From the NCBI GenBank assembly GCA_051885475.1, contig JBJEXE010000066.1, forward strand, positions 1-63,190: a stretch of 63,190 bases of DNA, given 5' to 3'. The stretch comes from Alphaproteobacteria bacterium (GTDB lineage Bacteria > Pseudomonadota > Alphaproteobacteria > CAAHEQ01 > UBA3637). The translations under genes and the position numbers were made by a program. The notes beneath the pieces are model-generated. The model ran no database searches. It was not told the origin of the DNA and was given only the letters and a program-made list of their open reading frames with translations. Of the stretch, positions 1 to 9,032 are shown piece after piece (position 1 is the first letter of the stretch; the number at the start of each line of letters is the position of its first letter).

Positions 1-726
1 CATACCACCGTTGACATTGACGGTTTGACCAGTGATATAAGCGGATTCTTCGCTGGCCAAAAAAGCCACCACATGCGCGATATCCTGCGGTGTTCCCATA
101 CGCTTCATCGGGATTCTATCCAACATCATCTGTTTAACATTGTCCGGTAAATTTTCCGTCATCGGCGTCGCAATAAAGCCCGGTGCAATACAATTAGCCG
201 TAATGCCGCGCGCACCCACTTCACCAGCCACTGATTTTGTCATAGCAATCAAACCAGCTTTACTGGCGGCATAATTCGCTTGTCCCACATTACCAATCAC
301 CCCAACAATGGAAGCCATAGAAATAATCCGGCCCCAGCGCTTTTTCATCATTTGGGGTAAAACTTCGCGTATCAAACGAAATCCGGCTGTTAAATTGACC
401 GCCAAAACCGCATCCCACATTTCATCCGTCATTCGCATGGAAAGTGTATCTTTTGTGATACCTGCATTATTCACTAAAATATCAATATTTTCAAAGTGTT
501 GTTGAGCGAATTTCACCAAAGACTTTAAGTCATTTATCTGGGTGATATTACCTGCAAAAACGACCACACGGTTCCCCAGTTCGGCCTTTAAACTTTCCAG
601 CGCTTTTATTGATATATCCGTTAAAACCAAATTCGCCCCTAAGGCGTGTAAGGTTTTGGCAATTGCCCTGCCAATCCCCCCTGTTGCCCCCGTAATCAAA
701 GCCGTTTTATTTGTCAAATCAAACAT
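1..726 (-). CDS. fabG: 3-oxoacyl-[ACP] reductase FabG (SDR family); C-terminal few residues cut by window edge
   Basis: The minus frame is open from the window edge to the ATG at 724-726. Translation MFDLTNKTALITGATGGIGRAIA..LVNNAGIT..NYAASKAG..GQTVNVNGGM carries the SDR TGxxxGIG, NNAG and YxxxK motifs. It is absent from the ORF track because no stop lies inside the window. Confidence 0.85.
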   Translation of the reverse strand, partial: MFDLTNKTALITGATGGIGRAIAKTLHALGANLVLTDISIKALESLKAELGNRVVVFAGNITQINDLKSLVKFAQQHFENIDILVNNAGITKDTLSMRMTDEMWDAVLAVNLTAGFRLIREVLPQMMKKRWGRIISMASIVGVIGNVGQANYAASKAGLIAMTKSVAGEVGARGITANCIAPGFIATPMTENLPDNVKQMMLDRIPMKRMGTPQDIAHVVAFLASEESAYITGQTVNVNGGM

Positions 727-802
727 TTTAAAGTATTCCTTTCATCCGTTTTAATCTTTTTTAAGGTTAGCCTGAATCCAAAAACTTGTCAAGTAAAATT
801 TA

Positions 803-831
803 TTGACTTTTTCCTTTAAATTTGTTATAAA
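803..831 (+). promoter_or_regulatory. sigma70-like promoter upstream of the flavodiiron gene
   Basis: TTGACT (803-808), 17-nt spacer, TATAAA (826-831). An AGGAGG RBS lies at 849-854, before the ATG at 861. Confidence 0.45.
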
Positions 832-860
832 CACCCCTATATTTTAACAGGAGGAATTTT

Positions 861-2018
861 ATGAAAGAACTGATTCAAAACATTTTTTATGTCGGTGTGA
901 ATGATAAAGGCATTGATTTATTTGAAGGGCAATACATTGTTCCAAACGGCATCAGCTATAACTCTTATTTAATTAAAGATGAAAAAGTCGCCCTGATGGA
1001 TACAGTGGATGAAAGAAAATGCGATGAATGGCTGGCAAATTTAGAGGAAACTTTGGCCGGAAAAGCACCGAATTATTTGGTTTTATTACATATGGAACCA
1101 GACCATACGGGAAGCTTAAAAACCTTTTTGGAAAAATATCCAGATACTCAAATCGTTTCCAGCCAAAAACTTTTTAATATGATTCCTCAATTTTTTGAAG
1201 GACTCAATTTGGAAGGGCACAAAGTTGTTGTTGGTGAAGGCGACACGTTAAATTTGGGTACACATACTTTAAAATTCATCACCGCGCCTATGGTGCATTG
1301 GCCTGAAGTCATAATGGCGTATGAGGAAAAAGAAAAGATTTTATTTTCCGCAGATGGTTTTGGCAAATTTGGCGCCTTGGATACAGATGAAGAGTGGGCC
1401 TGTGAAGCACGCCGGTATTATTTTAACATTGTGGGTAAATATGGTGTTCAGGTGCAGGCTGTGTTAAAAAAAGCCGCTGCCTTGGACATTCAAAAAATTT
1501 ATCCTTTGCATGGACCAATGTTAAATGAAAATTTGGGGTATTATATTGGAAAATATGATACTTGGAGTTCTTATCGCCCCGAAGACAAAGGCGTTTTTAT
1601 TGCCTATGCCAGCATTTACGGGCACATAAAAGTGGCTGCTGAAAAATTAAAAGAAATTTTGGAAGCCAAAGGTGTAAAAGTTGTCCTTTCGGATTTGGCG
1701 CGTTCCGATATGGCTGAATGTCTGGAAGATGCTTTTCGTTATGACCGGTTAGTATTAGCCTCCCCCACCTATGATGGCGGCATTTTCCCTGTGGTTGAAA
1801 GTTTTATCGCTCATTTAAAGGCTAAAAATTATCAAGGGCGAAAAATCGCTTTTATTGAAAATGGGTCTTGGGCGCCGATGGCTGCAAAAAAAATGCGGGC
1901 TGAATTGGAAAATTTAGAAAAGATAACCTTCGTGGAACCTGTAATCACAATTAAATCCGCTATGAAAGAAGCCGATTTGAAGCAGCTGGATATGTTGGCA
2001 GAAGCCCTAAAAGATTAG
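861..2018 (+). CDS. flavodiiron protein (metallo-beta-lactamase-like diiron domain + flavodoxin-like domain), O2/NO reductase family
   Basis: 385 aa. It has the HxExDH diiron motif (LLHMEPDHTG), an N-terminal IFYVGVND..NSYLI pattern, and a C-terminal flavodoxin-like segment (VFIAYASIYGH..). Confidence 0.8.
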   Translation: MKELIQNIFYVGVNDKGIDLFEGQYIVPNGISYNSYLIKDEKVALMDTVDERKCDEWLANLEETLAGKAPNYLVLLHMEPDHTGSLKTFLEKYPDTQIVSSQKLFNMIPQFFEGLNLEGHKVVVGEGDTLNLGTHTLKFITAPMVHWPEVIMAYEEKEKILFSADGFGKFGALDTDEEWACEARRYYFNIVGKYGVQVQAVLKKAAALDIQKIYPLHGPMLNENLGYYIGKYDTWSSYRPEDKGVFIAYASIYGHIKVAAEKLKEILEAKGVKVVLSDLARSDMAECLEDAFRYDRLVLASPTYDGGIFPVVESFIAHLKAKNYQGRKIAFIENGSWAPMAAKKMRAELENLEKITFVEPVITIKSAMKEADLKQLDMLAEALKD

Positions 2019-2647
2019 TATTTTTCCACTTCATATAAACTGCGTTCAGCACCAATGGTTGTGGGATGACCGTGACCGGGGTAAACTTTGACAGTGTTCG
2101 GCAACTCTTTAAAGAGCTTTTTCAAACTTTGCTGCATGGCTTTATCAGAGCTGGTCGGCAAATCCGTCCGTCCATAGGTCCCCTGAAAAAGAGTATCCCC
2201 GGAAATCAAAAGGTCATCAATCAAAAAGCAACAACATCCCCACGTATGCCCCGGGGTTTCCAAAATCCGGATAGGATGATTTCCCAGCTTAAAAATCGTA
2301 TTCCCGTTGAAAGTACCGTCCACCTTTGGAATATCCACTTTCCCCAAATGGGCATAATGTGTGTAATGATTGATTTCCTTAAGGAGCGCCAAATCATTTT
2401 CATGTACATAAGTCGGAATATGATGTTTTTCCCAAAAATAATTGACGCCCATCACGTGGTCAAAATGCCCATGCGTTAGTAAAATCATTTTTAAAATTGC
2501 CCCCTGACTTTCCACAAATTTCATAACTTCATCATTAGGAACAGAACAATCAAACAAAACCGCCTCTTTGGATTTTGAATCCAAGACCAAATAATTATGG
2601 TTATTCAACGGCGGAAATATAAAATCTTTTATCATTAAATCAGTCAT
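2015..2647 (-). CDS. MBL-fold hydrolase, hydroxyacylglutathione hydrolase (GloB)-like
   Basis: 210 aa with THGHFDH, PGHT, GDTLF and PGHG motifs. Confidence 0.75.
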   Translation of the reverse strand: MTDLMIKDFIFPPLNNHNYLVLDSKSKEAVLFDCSVPNDEVMKFVESQGAILKMILLTHGHFDHVMGVNYFWEKHHIPTYVHENDLALLKEINHYTHYAHLGKVDIPKVDGTFNGNTIFKLGNHPIRILETPGHTWGCCCFLIDDLLISGDTLFQGTYGRTDLPTSSDKAMQQSLKKLFKELPNTVKVYPGHGHPTTIGAERSLYEVEKY

Positions 2648-3422
2648 TTATTTTATCCTTTTGCAGTGTATTAACAACTTTTTTACTTTTTCTATCCAAC
2701 GTTTCAATTAAAGAACTTTTCTCTGATAAATTCTTCAAAAACGCCCCCTTTTCTCCCCCCGCATAATACCATTTATCAGGAATAGAAGTGAAAATATTTT
2801 TTGTTTGTAAATAAAAATTATCCTTTTTCCCGACAAATTCTGCAATGCGTGGCACGGAACCAGTCCGAGTGGAAATCGGATTGACGGAATCAAAAACATA
2901 GTCTTTCTCTTTATCTTGAAAAACAATAAAACTATGGGCTTCAAAATCTGAAAAATCTTCATTTTCAACCAATTCACCCCCCACATAACGTGTTGGAATG
3001 TTTTGACTTTGAAAATAAAGCTGGGCCAAAACGGAAAATTCCCCGCAAGCACAATACCCTTCATTATAGGCCTCAGAAAGACAGTGTTTTCCTTCACTGT
3101 CATAAAAATCGGCACGTTTGGAGCAATTTCTGGTTATATGAGGAAAAGCCTTTTCCATAACCTTATTAAAGGAAAACATATGGCAAAAAAGAGAATAATC
3201 AAAATCCGACTTTGGTTGTGCCAAAAACCACTTTTTCAGCACTTCATTTTTTTCAAACAGGGCCTGATAATCAGCCATCTTTTTAAAAAGAGGCTGAAAC
3301 CTTTTCGCATCCACCGACACATAAAGATCCAAAGCCCCAGCGAAACTGCCCCCGACCGGAAAAAGCTCTTTGTCTTCTATGTGATCCGATATCCAATGAC
3401 CATCGGTTAGTTTTTTATACAT
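2640..3422 (-). CDS. transglutaminase-like cysteine protease-fold protein (hypothetical)
   Basis: Cys-His-Asp pattern: YCACGEFS .. EAHSFIVF .. DSVNP. I start it at MYKKLTDG (3422), which follows an AGGAGGG RBS, rather than at the track start of 3500. Confidence 0.5.
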   Translation of the reverse strand: MYKKLTDGHWISDHIEDKELFPVGGSFAGALDLYVSVDAKRFQPLFKKMADYQALFEKNEVLKKWFLAQPKSDFDYSLFCHMFSFNKVMEKAFPHITRNCSKRADFYDSEGKHCLSEAYNEGYCACGEFSVLAQLYFQSQNIPTRYVGGELVENEDFSDFEAHSFIVFQDKEKDYVFDSVNPISTRTGSVPRIAEFVGKKDNFYLQTKNIFTSIPDKWYYAGGEKGAFLKNLSEKSSLIETLDRKSKKVVNTLQKDKIND

Positions 3423-3556
3423 CTTTACCCTCCTGTCTATAAAACAACTTAACAAATTTTCTTTTAAAAGGCAATTATAAAATTCTTCTTGCTTTTTCAA
3501 AAATTTTGTTCTAGGCTACATATCGTTGTATGTTCAACTGATGAAAGGAAATTAAA

Positions 3557-3709
3557 ATGAAACTTGTAAAATTAGCCGTTGTGGCTGCTGCTTTGTTCAG
3601 CTTGTCAGCTTGTATGGGTATTCGCGGATATCATGGAAATCAAAAAGTATGTGAAAACCAAAGCTTTTTGGGGATTTCCATCATTGAAGTGTTATCTCCT
3701 TGTAAATAA
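3557..3709 (+). CDS. small (50 aa) putative lipoprotein, below the ORF-track size cutoff
   Basis: MKLVKLAVVAAALFSLSACMGIRGYHGNQKVCENQSFLGISIIEVLSPCK has a signal peptide and an LSAC lipobox. A GGAAA RBS-like element lies upstream and a hairpin terminator follows directly. Confidence 0.4.
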   Translation: MKLVKLAVVAAALFSLSACMGIRGYHGNQKVCENQSFLGISIIEVLSPCK

Positions 3710-3717
3710 GGAAACTT

Positions 3718-3750
3718 GAGGGGCTCTGCTTTGGGGCCCCCTGTTTTATT
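3718..3750 (+). terminator. rho-independent terminator-like hairpin after the small lipoprotein ORF
   Basis: GAGGGGC..GCCCCCT stem followed by GTTTTATTTT. Confidence 0.45.
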
Positions 3751-3754
3751 TTAA

Positions 3755-4453
3755 ATGATTATTAAAAATATTTTTTGGGATGTGGATGGCGTTTTGGCAA
3801 ATTTAAATTACGCCTATTTTTATTTCCTTAAAAATCATCCTTCTTATGCCCCAAAATACAAAAACTTAAAATGGGAAGATTTGGATAAAGTTTTGCCTAT
3901 CAACCCGAAATATGGGGCGTTGGATTTAAAATGTCATCCCCAAATGGGCAATCAGATGGATGATGATTTTTGTCATAGCCCTGAATTTTTTGAAAATCGT
4001 CCTCTCTACCCTAATGTCATTGAAACATTGTGTGCCTTGAATAAGGCTGGATATCGCCAATTTACTCTTTCCGCCAGCTTTAATCCAGAAATCAAAAAAC
4101 GTTTTTTAAATAAACTGTTGGCTCCCGTCACAAACTTTTTAACCATTGAATGCGTGGGCCATGGCAAATTCTTGCACGATACCACAAAAGAAGGAAAATT
4201 TTTGGAATGCTTTAAAAAATACAATCTAAAGCCGGAAGAAACACTTTTGGTGGATGATCGTATTTACAATATGTATGCCGCTTTAAAGGTCGGTGTTCTT
4301 CCTGTACGTATGAGATGCGAATTTACAACAGACTTACCCCCTGATTTAAAATGGATACACGAAGTTAAAAACGTGAAAGAAGTAAAAAACTGGCTGACAG
4401 AAAAAGGCTATCTTAAGCTTTCCCTGCCCGCGCAGAAAACAATTCAGGACTAA
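3755..4453 (+). CDS. HAD-superfamily hydrolase, possibly 5'(3')-deoxyribonucleotidase-like
   Basis: N-terminal DxDG motif (IFWDVDGVLANL) and a later VDDR motif. 232 aa. Confidence 0.5.
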   Translation: MIIKNIFWDVDGVLANLNYAYFYFLKNHPSYAPKYKNLKWEDLDKVLPINPKYGALDLKCHPQMGNQMDDDFCHSPEFFENRPLYPNVIETLCALNKAGYRQFTLSASFNPEIKKRFLNKLLAPVTNFLTIECVGHGKFLHDTTKEGKFLECFKKYNLKPEETLLVDDRIYNMYAALKVGVLPVRMRCEFTTDLPPDLKWIHEVKNVKEVKNWLTEKGYLKLSLPAQKTIQD

Positions 4454-4994
4454 TCCCCAGTAATTTTAAGGCTTTTTCCCATCGTTCTTCATAAGGTGTA
4501 TGAAACAAAATTTCAGGATTGGAGGGAGCTGTCAACCAGATATTACCCATAATTTCTTCTTCCATTTGACTGGGGGACCAAGTGCAACATCCCACCGCCA
4601 ATAAATAACTTTCGGGGGCCTTTCCTGAAGCAATATCCGTTAAAATTTCCTGAGTAGCCGTCAAATGAACTTGATTTGTTACCGGCCTTGTTTCTGAATA
4701 AAATAAATCCGGCGTATGAAGAATAAAACCCTGCATTTTATGGTCAGGTCCCCCGTCTAAAACAGGAGGGAAAAAGGTCTTTTCATCATATTGAATTTTC
4801 AATTGTGCCAAAATATCTTGGCACGAAATTTTGGGGATGGGTTTGTTGATAACCAAACCCTTAGCCCCTTCATTTTCTGAATGGTGAGTAATATAAATAA
4901 CCGCCTTTTGAAACCGCTTATCCTCAATATTCGGCATTGCTATCAACAATGAACCGCTTAATGAGGTAAACGGGGGTAAATCCCTGGAAAACAT
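4413..4994 (-). CDS. YqgE/AlgH family protein (UPF0301)
   Basis: LLIAMPNIEDKRFQKAVIYITHHSENEGAKGLVINKP matches the family N-terminal signature. Confidence 0.8.
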   Translation of the reverse strand: MFSRDLPPFTSLSGSLLIAMPNIEDKRFQKAVIYITHHSENEGAKGLVINKPIPKISCQDILAQLKIQYDEKTFFPPVLDGGPDHKMQGFILHTPDLFYSETRPVTNQVHLTATQEILTDIASGKAPESYLLAVGCCTWSPSQMEEEIMGNIWLTAPSNPEILFHTPYEERWEKALKLLGISPELFSARAGKA

Positions 4995-5341
4995 TACATA
5001 TCCTTTTCATAATCATCCAAAAACTCATTTAATTCGGGAGCAGCCTCCATATCGCTTTCTTCTTCGGCGATATCCAACGTGTCATCTGTATCCGTTGCCT
5101 CTTCATCCGTGGGCAAAGAGTCCGTTATTTTCAACAGGGTTTCCGTATCCAAATCTTCATCATCAATCTTGGGCATTTCCCGTTTAACAATTTTACTTAA
5201 ATGTTTTTCTTTGGCTTTTGCAAAAGAATCCTCCGTATACTTTGTTTTGCATTTTGGGCAAACAAATTCCTTTTTTCCCATATCGTAAAAGAAAGATTCG
5301 CATTTCGGGCATTTACGTTTTTGACCCCATTTCGTGTTCAT
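4994..5341 (-). CDS. FYDLN-acid (TIGR02300-like) zinc-ribbon protein with acidic tail
   Basis: MNTKWGQKRKCPKCESFFYDMGKKEFVCPKCKTKY followed by a D/E-rich tail. The track ORF extends to 5542, but the conserved start is the Met at 5341. Confidence 0.65.
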   Translation of the reverse strand: MNTKWGQKRKCPKCESFFYDMGKKEFVCPKCKTKYTEDSFAKAKEKHLSKIVKREMPKIDDEDLDTETLLKITDSLPTDEEATDTDDTLDIAEEESDMEAAPELNEFLDDYEKDM

Positions 5342-5582
5342 AAAAGCTCCTTTCGCTTTTGTTAAAGTTCTTAACACCTCCCGTGTTTTACATATTTTGA
5401 TAAATTTGTCAACAAAAAAAATAAAAAAACTTGCACTTTTATTTTTTTTAAGGTATAATAGCCCCACTTTTCCATTCGGGAAAAGTCCCCATACGTCCTT
5501 GGTCAAACGTTCGGGTGAGGAATAAGACCTTTCAAAGTCCATTGGGAGTTTTCCCTTTGGCCAACAAAAAAGTTAAATTTTA

Positions 5583-7355
5583 ATGACAAAAGAAAAAATG
5601 GAAATGAACACCGAAGATTTTGGTGCTTTATTGGATGAATTTATGTCGGCTCGCCCCTTGCAAGGTCAAGTCGTCAAAGGAACAATTACTGCCTTAACAA
5701 AGGATGAAGCGATTGTGGATGTCGGATTGAAATCCGAAGGACGCATTCCGCTCACCGAATTCGGCGCACAAAGCGTTAAAGTCGGCGATGAAGTTGAGGT
5801 TTATATTGAACGTTATGAAAACCGTGAAGGAAGTGCTGTTCTGTCACGTGAAAAAGCGCGCCGCGAAGAAGCTTGGGGCGACTTAGAAAAAGCTATGCAA
5901 GAAGGAAAACACGTCAACGGAACAATCTTCGGACGTGTCAAAGGTGGCTTTACGGTGGATTTGGGCGGAGCAACTGCTTTCTTACCCGGCAGCCAAATTG
6001 ACATTCGTCCCATTCGTGATGTCTCTCCTTTGATGGGAATTACACAACCTTTTGCAATTTTGAAAATGGATAAAGCCCGTGGCAACATCGTTGTTTCCCG
6101 TCGTGCTATTTTGGAAGAAGAACGCGCAGCTCAATTCTCGGAAATCATCAAAGGAATGAGTGAAGGTCAAATCGTTGAAGGAACTGTCAAAAATATTACT
6201 GAATATGGTGCCTTTATTGATTTGGGCGGCATTGATGGCTTATTGCATGTCACCGATATTTCATGGAAACGTATTGCTAATCCGGCAGACGTGTTGAAAG
6301 TGGGTGAAAAAATCCAAGTTCAAATCATCAAATTTTCACCTGAAAACGGCCGTGTTTCCTTGGGCATGAAGCAAATGGAAGCTGACCCATGGGTGGGTGT
6401 CAATGAACGTTACCAAGTGGGTACCAAGGTAAAAGGACACATCAGCAACATCGCCGATTACGGTGCATTTGTTGAATTGGAAGACGGTGTTGAAGGTTTA
6501 GTCCACGTTTCAGAAATGAGCTGGACAAAGAAAAATGCTCATCCCAGCAAAATCGTTACCATCGGTCAAGAAGTGGAAGCTGTTGTCCGCGAAGTGGATG
6601 AAAGCAAACGCCGCATTTCTTTGGGTATGAAAGAACTTCAAGAAAACCCGTGGAAAGTGTATGCTGAAGAACACAAAGTCGGTGAAATCGTTGAAGGGCC
6701 GATTAAAAATATGATTGAATTCGGTATCTTTATTTCTTTAAACAACGATTTAGACGGAATGATTCATACCTCTGATTTGTCTTGGGACAAACCGGGTGAA
6801 GAAGCCATCAAAGACTACAAAAAAGGTCAAGTTGTTAAAGCCAAGATTTTGGATATTGACGTTGAAAAAGAACGCATTGCCTTGGGGATTAAACAACTGG
6901 AAAAAGATCCGGTCAATGAAGCCAGCGGTTCTTTGAAAAAAGGTGCTGTAGTCACCGGTGTTGTATCTGCCATTACCGAAGATGGTATTGAAGTGGATGT
7001 GGATGGTGTCAAAGGCTTTATTCGTCGCTCCGATTTGGCCAAGGAACGTTCCGAACAAAAACCTGAACGTTTTGCCATTGGCGAAAAAGTGGATGCGAAA
7101 GTAACCGCTTTTGACAGCAAAGCCGGTAAATTGACTTTGTCCATCAAAGCCCGTGAAATTGCCGAAGAAAAACAAGCTCTGGCGGAATTCGGTTCCACAG
7201 CAGCCGGTGCTTCTTTGGGCGATATTTTGGGCGCTGCTTTGGCAAAGAAAGCCAAAAAGTCCAAAAAGGCAGATGCCGATGCTGAAGAAAAGCCGGCAAA
7301 AGCCAAAAAGGCAAAGAAAAAAGAAGAAGCTGAAGAAGCCCCAAAGGCTGAATAA
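5583..7355 (+). CDS. rpsA: 30S ribosomal protein S1
   Basis: 590 aa with six S1 (OB) repeats (G.V.G.V..I..YGAFVDLGG.DGLLH.S), plus a Lys/Ala/Glu-rich C-terminal tail. Confidence 0.95.
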   Translation: MTKEKMEMNTEDFGALLDEFMSARPLQGQVVKGTITALTKDEAIVDVGLKSEGRIPLTEFGAQSVKVGDEVEVYIERYENREGSAVLSREKARREEAWGDLEKAMQEGKHVNGTIFGRVKGGFTVDLGGATAFLPGSQIDIRPIRDVSPLMGITQPFAILKMDKARGNIVVSRRAILEEERAAQFSEIIKGMSEGQIVEGTVKNITEYGAFIDLGGIDGLLHVTDISWKRIANPADVLKVGEKIQVQIIKFSPENGRVSLGMKQMEADPWVGVNERYQVGTKVKGHISNIADYGAFVELEDGVEGLVHVSEMSWTKKNAHPSKIVTIGQEVEAVVREVDESKRRISLGMKELQENPWKVYAEEHKVGEIVEGPIKNMIEFGIFISLNNDLDGMIHTSDLSWDKPGEEAIKDYKKGQVVKAKILDIDVEKERIALGIKQLEKDPVNEASGSLKKGAVVTGVVSAITEDGIEVDVDGVKGFIRRSDLAKERSEQKPERFAIGEKVDAKVTAFDSKAGKLTLSIKAREIAEEKQALAEFGSTAAGASLGDILGAALAKKAKKSKKADADAEEKPAKAKKAKKKEEAEEAPKAE

Positions 7356-7376
7356 GCTTATCTTTTTCAAAAAATT

Positions 7377-7406
7377 TCAGCGGGGTATTTCCCCGCTGAT
7401 TTTTTA
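7377..7406 (+). terminator. rho-independent terminator of rpsA
   Basis: TCAGCGGGG-TATTT-CCCCGCTGA followed by TTTTTT. Confidence 0.7.
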
Positions 7407-7493
7407 TGGTCTTTTTAAAAGAGAAAAGGATCTGATGTTCTGATTTTGCAGAGGGTTTGGGGGATGATACGAAGTGTCTTGGCAAAAATCTTC

Positions 7494-7525
7494 ATAAAAA
7501 AATGGCAGGGTAAATACCCCGCCAT
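7494..7525 (-). terminator. rho-independent terminator of the Cys-rich lipoprotein gene
   Basis: The minus strand reads ATGGCGGGG-TATTTA-CCCTGCCAT followed by a T-run (plus-strand A-run 7495-7502). Confidence 0.6.
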
Positions 7526-7544
7526 TTCTGGATTTGAATGAAAT

Positions 7545-8102
7545 TTAATTCACATCCTGATATTTTGCCCAACAATTATCACGGCCTTTAGCACATTGGG
7601 TACCATTCTTGTTGCAATCATAACCACAAGAATAACCATTTGCGTCCCAACAGTGCATTTTAACGCCCCCATCCGGTCCGCAACTAATCTTCAAAGTGGG
7701 ATGTTGACAAACATAAAATCCGGATCTTCTTCTATAAACAAGATCCCATTTTTGTCCCATCACGTTATCACAATCAGATTGAAGACAATAACCGCTATAG
7801 CAGTTGCTGCCATCCGCCTGACAACCTGTTCCACATTTATATTGCCCCAAACGACAAGTATAGGAATTCTTGTCTGTTTTAATACACTGCAATTTCTTTT
7901 CAGGCATTGCGGGAGCAGCCATACCCACAGCCCCAGATGAAGAAGCAGAAGAAACCAGCTTGGCGGTTGTCTTTTTTTCTTCCGGCCAGGCAATGCCTTG
8001 CGTCTGTTTATAATAGGTATTATCTGTCGGTTGTTTTGAATTATAAGAACAAGCCGACAAAACAATACCTGAAACCATTAAAATAGATAAAATTTTCTTC
8101 AT
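7545..8102 (-). CDS. cysteine-rich secreted lipoprotein (hypothetical)
   Basis: Signal peptide with an LSAC lipobox (MKKILSILMVSGIVLSACS). The mature C-terminal half carries about 20 Cys. Confidence 0.5.
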   Translation of the reverse strand: MKKILSILMVSGIVLSACSYNSKQPTDNTYYKQTQGIAWPEEKKTTAKLVSSASSSGAVGMAAPAMPEKKLQCIKTDKNSYTCRLGQYKCGTGCQADGSNCYSGYCLQSDCDNVMGQKWDLVYRRRSGFYVCQHPTLKISCGPDGGVKMHCWDANGYSCGYDCNKNGTQCAKGRDNCWAKYQDVN

Positions 8103-8113
8103 TTTTATTCCCC

Positions 8114-8596
8114 TTAATACTTTTGGCGAATACGCGTTGTGCCATCAATTTCCACCAAGATAACATTATCCCCAGGACGCAAATTGAGTTCATTGGTTTG
8201 AACAACGGAAATCACATTACTTGTGCCATCTTTTTTAACCAAAAATTCAAAGGCTTTATCCGAAGTTGCTGCCTGTTCAGCGGCGGAACCAATCGCAGCT
8301 CCAGCCAAAGCACCAACAGCAGCGCCCCCGATAGCCAACAATGTGGAGCCTTTACCGCCCCCCAAGGAACCGCCACCAACACCACCCAAGGCGCCACCGA
8401 CACCGGCTCCGACTAAACCACCCGTTGCATTTGTTCCGGCCACATCAATTTGAGTCATAGAAATAATTTTCCCCGTGGATGTCCGGCCCTGACGTCCGAT
8501 TTGTGCACGATTATAGGTCGTATTTGTATCCCCAATTCCACAGGCCGACAATAACAAACCGCCAGCCACTAATGTTAAAATCTTTTTACAGTGCAT
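8114..8596 (-). CDS. glycine-zipper outer-membrane lipoprotein (17-kDa surface antigen / SlyB-Pcp-like)
   Basis: LLLSACG lipobox and a Gly-zipper segment GGLVGAGVGGALGGVGGGSLGGG..AIGGAAVGALAGAAIG. Confidence 0.7.
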   Translation of the reverse strand: MHCKKILTLVAGGLLLSACGIGDTNTTYNRAQIGRQGRTSTGKIISMTQIDVAGTNATGGLVGAGVGGALGGVGGGSLGGGKGSTLLAIGGAAVGALAGAAIGSAAEQAATSDKAFEFLVKKDGTSNVISVVQTNELNLRPGDNVILVEIDGTTRIRQKY

Positions 8597-8738
8597 TTTT
8601 TCTCCTTTTGTTGATTTACACTGCCCAAAGCATAGTCTCTTTGTTTTTTTAATGCAAGTTTTTTATTTTTTTCTTGCTTTTCTGTAAAAAAAGTGTAAAA
8701 TCATTTTTCGTGTTTTTAACTAAAAAAAGGAGAAAAAA

Positions 8739-8975
8739 ATGCCTTCAGTAATTAACGATTCTTGTGTCAAATGCGGTTCTTGTGCAGCTGTATGCCCTGT
8801 GGGAGCCATCAAAGATGGTGAAACACAATATGTGGTTGATCCAAATGTGTGTATTGATTGCGGTATGTGTATTGCCGAATGTCCCCAAGGGGCCATTAAA
8901 TCATCTGATGAAGCAGATGAAAAATGGGTAAAATTCAACGCTGAAAAAGCCCCCACAGCAACACAAGTGGGCTAA
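8739..8975 (+). CDS. 2x[4Fe-4S] ferredoxin
   Basis: Two CxxCxxCxxxCP motifs (CVKCGSCAAVCP, CIDCGMCIAECP). 78 aa. Confidence 0.85.
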   Translation: MPSVINDSCVKCGSCAAVCPVGAIKDGETQYVVDPNVCIDCGMCIAECPQGAIKSSDEADEKWVKFNAEKAPTATQVG

Positions 8976-9032
8976 TCAAAATACTTTAGGGGGCTTCCGA
9001 TGGAGGCCTTCCTTTTTTATATAAAGCATCCA

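Noticed and set aside
4994-5542. Long 182-aa version of the zinc-ribbon ORF, and similar 5' extensions in the track (2640-3500, 9000 start, 9996-10763, 20739-22916, 23944-25569, 38260-38841, 43243-43671, 43622 start, 45106 start)
   Set aside because: The extensions are hydrophobic or low-complexity read-through of promoter or upstream-gene sequence. Internal Met codons preceded by an RBS match the conserved N-termini of the families, or abut the upstream stop codon.
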